Source: an uncultured Chloroflexia bacterium (GTDB taxonomy: Bacteria; Chloroflexota; Limnocylindria; Limnocylindrales; CSP1-4). Taken from it: a DNA stretch of 64,000 bases. The position numbers and the translations under genes were made by a program. Position 1 is the first letter of the stretch. The number at the start of each line of letters is the position of its first letter. The DNA is taken from positions 288,001 through 352,000 of the forward strand of contig CAVVNQ010000015.1 of NCBI GenBank assembly GCA_963749705.1, written 5' to 3'. This document shows positions 61,770-64,000 of the stretch, in pieces. The notes below the pieces were generated by a model. It did not search any database and was not told where the DNA came from. It saw nothing but the letters and a program-made list of their open reading frames with translations.

Positions 61770-63014
61770 GTGACCAGCGAACGACCGATCGTCATCCCGT
61801 TCATGGGCCTCCGTCCCGCCCCGTCCGCCACGACGCCCCGTGACCAGCGCCCGGGGATCGGCGGCGTGACCTCGGAGGAGCTCGTGTCGTGGCTGGGCGC
61901 GCGAGACGAGCCCGCGTACCGGGCCCGCCAGGTGCTCGATGCCGCGTGGCGCACCCGCGCGACCGGGTTCGACGAGGTGCTCACGCTGCCGGCGCCACTC
62001 CGCACGGCGCTCGATGGCTCGTTCCGCTTCGACACGGTGGTCGAGACCGAGGTTCGCGAGACGGATGGCGGGCTGACCGAGAAGGCCCTCCACCGGCTGT
62101 CCGACGGGCTGCTCGTCGAGTCGGTCCTGATGCACTTCCCCGCGCGCGGTGCCAGCCGTGAGCGTCACACCCTGTGCGTGTCGTCGCAGGCGGGGTGCGC
62201 CGTCGGCTGCCCGTTCTGCGCGACCGGCGAGCTGGGCATGGAGCGCGACCTCGAGACCGCGGAGATCGTCGACCAGGTCCGGCACGCGGCACGCCGGCTC
62301 GCGGCCGACGGCCGCCACCTCACCAACATCGTGTTCATGGGCATGGGCGAGCCCCTGCTCAACCTGGACCGTGTGCTGGAGGCCATCGCCGCGCTCAACG
62401 ACCCGGAACGGTTCGGCCTCGGGGCGCGCCACATCACCGTGTCGACCTCGGGCGTGGTGCCCGGGATCCGGCGGCTGACCGAGCTGGGACCCCAGTTCAC
62501 GCTCGCGATCAGCATCCACGCCGCGCGGAACTCGCTGCGCGACGTGCTCGTGCCGCTCAACCGGCGATGGCCCGTCGAGGAGGTGGTGGCCGCGGCGCGA
62601 TCGCACGCCGACGCGACCGGGCGCCGGGTGACCTACGAGGTCACGATGATCGACGGGATCAACGACACGGACGCCGACGCCGACGCCCTCGCGGAGCTCC
62701 TGCGCGGCGATCTCGCGCACGTCAACCTGATCCCGATGAACGCCGTTGCCCATACCCCCTGGACCGGCTCCCCGTTGCCCAGGGTCGAGCGGTTCGCCGA
62801 ACGCCTCCGGGTGGCGGGGATCGCGACCACGATCCGGTTCAACCGGGGCACCGAGATCGGCGCGGCCTGCGGCCAGCTCGCCGCGGAGCACGCCGGCCAG
62901 CCGACGCCGATGGTCGTCCGCCGGCGACGTGAGCGGCTGGTCACCGAGAGCGCCGCGGCGCTGCGCGGCGAGCGAAGCCACGAGCCCGTGCCGGCCGGGA
63001 CGGGGGAGGCCTGA
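61770..63014 (+). CDS. rlmN: 23S rRNA/tRNA m2A methyltransferase RlmN (radical SAM)
   Basis: CVSSQAGCAVGCPFCATG, FMGMGEP, AACGQL. Confidence 0.95.
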   Translation: MTSERPIVIPFMGLRPAPSATTPRDQRPGIGGVTSEELVSWLGARDEPAYRARQVLDAAWRTRATGFDEVLTLPAPLRTALDGSFRFDTVVETEVRETDGGLTEKALHRLSDGLLVESVLMHFPARGASRERHTLCVSSQAGCAVGCPFCATGELGMERDLETAEIVDQVRHAARRLAADGRHLTNIVFMGMGEPLLNLDRVLEAIAALNDPERFGLGARHITVSTSGVVPGIRRLTELGPQFTLAISIHAARNSLRDVLVPLNRRWPVEEVVAAARSHADATGRRVTYEVTMIDGINDTDADADALAELLRGDLAHVNLIPMNAVAHTPWTGSPLPRVERFAERLRVAGIATTIRFNRGTEIGAACGQLAAEHAGQPTPMVVRRRRERLVTESAAALRGERSHEPVPAGTGEA

Positions 63015-63718
63015 TGCCCGGCGACCGGCGGCCCGCGAGCGTGCTGATCGCGGCGAGCATCCTTGACAGCGACCTGGGGGCGCTGGGCGACGAGATCCGT
63101 CGGGCAGAGGCGGCCGGGGCGGACCGGATCCACCTCGACGTGATGGACGGACACTTCGTGCCCAACATCACGTTCGGATGGAAGACGATCGAGGCGGTTC
63201 GCCGCGCGACCGACCTGCCGTTCGATGCGCACCTCATGATCGCCGAGCCAGGCCGCTGGACGGAGCAGTTCCTCGATGCCGGCTGCGACTCGATCACGTT
63301 CCACGTCGAGGTCGAGGCGCCCCAGATCCGGCCCGCGCTCGAGCGGATCCGCTCGGCCGGCCGCTCGGCCGGGCTGTCGGTCAAGCCGGCGACGCCGCTC
63401 GATGCGCTCGACGAGTACCGGGAGCTGCTGGACATCGTGCTGGTCATGACCGTCGAGCCCGGCTTTGGCGGACAGGCGTTCATGACCGAGGTCGCCCAGG
63501 CGAAGCTCGGGCCCGCGCGCGCCTGGCTCGATCCCGACGGAGCGTGCGAGGTCCAGGTGGACGGCGGCGGGCGCGACGATACGGCGGAGGTGATCGGACG
63601 CGGGGGGACCGATGTCATCGTGGCCGGATCGGCGCTGTACCGGGCCGCCGACATGACCCTCGAGGTCGAGCGGATCCGATCGATCGCGACGGCGGCCCGC
63701 GCCGGCGCGCTCACCTAG
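63014..63718 (+). CDS. rpe: Ribulose-phosphate 3-epimerase
   Basis: [31 protein letters not shown]. Confidence 0.97.
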   Translation: MPGDRRPASVLIAASILDSDLGALGDEIRRAEAAGADRIHLDVMDGHFVPNITFGWKTIEAVRRATDLPFDAHLMIAEPGRWTEQFLDAGCDSITFHVEVEAPQIRPALERIRSAGRSAGLSVKPATPLDALDEYRELLDIVLVMTVEPGFGGQAFMTEVAQAKLGPARAWLDPDGACEVQVDGGGRDDTAEVIGRGGTDVIVAGSALYRAADMTLEVERIRSIATAARAGALT

Positions 63719-63732
63719 GCCGCCGCGTCCCG

Positions 63733-64000
63733 ATGCGCGCCCTGCTCCAGCGGGTGACCCGCGCCGAGGTGCGCGTGGACGGGGCAGTGGTCGGCTCGAT
63801 CGGCCCCGGCCTGCTGGTGCTGCTGGGCGTCGGACATGCCGACGACGCCGCCACCGCCGATGGCCTCGCGCGCCGGATCTGCGAGCTGCGCATGTTCCAG
63901 GACGCCGACGGCAGGACCAACCGATCGCTGCTCGATGTCGGGGGCGAGGCGCTCGTGGTCAGCCAGTTCACGCTGTACGCGGACACGCGTCGCGGCCGTC
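63733..64000 (+). CDS. dtd: D-aminoacyl-tRNA deacylase, truncated by window end
   Basis: Hand translation [33 protein letters not shown]. Confidence 0.93.
   Translation, partial: MRALLQRVTRAEVRVDGAVVGSIGPGLLVLLGVGHADDAATADGLARRICELRMFQDADGRTNRSLLDVGGEALVVSQFTLYADTRRGR

Overview
High-GC bacterial chromosomal segment, mostly housekeeping genes. Gene order, GAAC-N4-GTTC SOS boxes, Tad pilus genes, membrane-anchored YvcK and a GVHH-type IleRS suggest a monoderm, most likely Chloroflexota such as Limnocylindria (inference, no search run). Content in order: coaE; a reverse tadE-tadG-cpaB operon; uvrB, uvrA, a compact UvrD-like helicase and uvrC; a secreted phosphodiesterase/5'-nucleotidase fusion and a HYR protein; secD-secF-recJ-PD40-pyrF-tatA-tatC-rapZ-yvcK-whiA-tpiA-gpmI-secG plus an orphan solute-binding protein; 8 tRNAs with lemA-htpX; a small accessory islet after tRNA-Leu(TAA); orphan cpaE; rpsF-ssb-rpsR; transporters; ilvE; an LCP protein; ileS-lspA-rluD-gmk-priA-def-fmt-rlmN-rpe-dtd (partial). 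Seven single-base insertions split tadG, secD, secF, tatC and fmt and look like sequencing errors. I saw no CRISPR array, transposase, integrase or prophage, and no unambiguous novel multi-gene system. Best leads: (1) an orphan SOS box ahead of two convergent small membrane-protein genes in a tRNA-anchored islet; (2) a structured 5' leader ahead of the nucleotidase; (3) an SOS box between uvrB and the Tad operon; (4) pervasive leaderless promoter geometry; (5) the GVHH/PMHKS IleRS.
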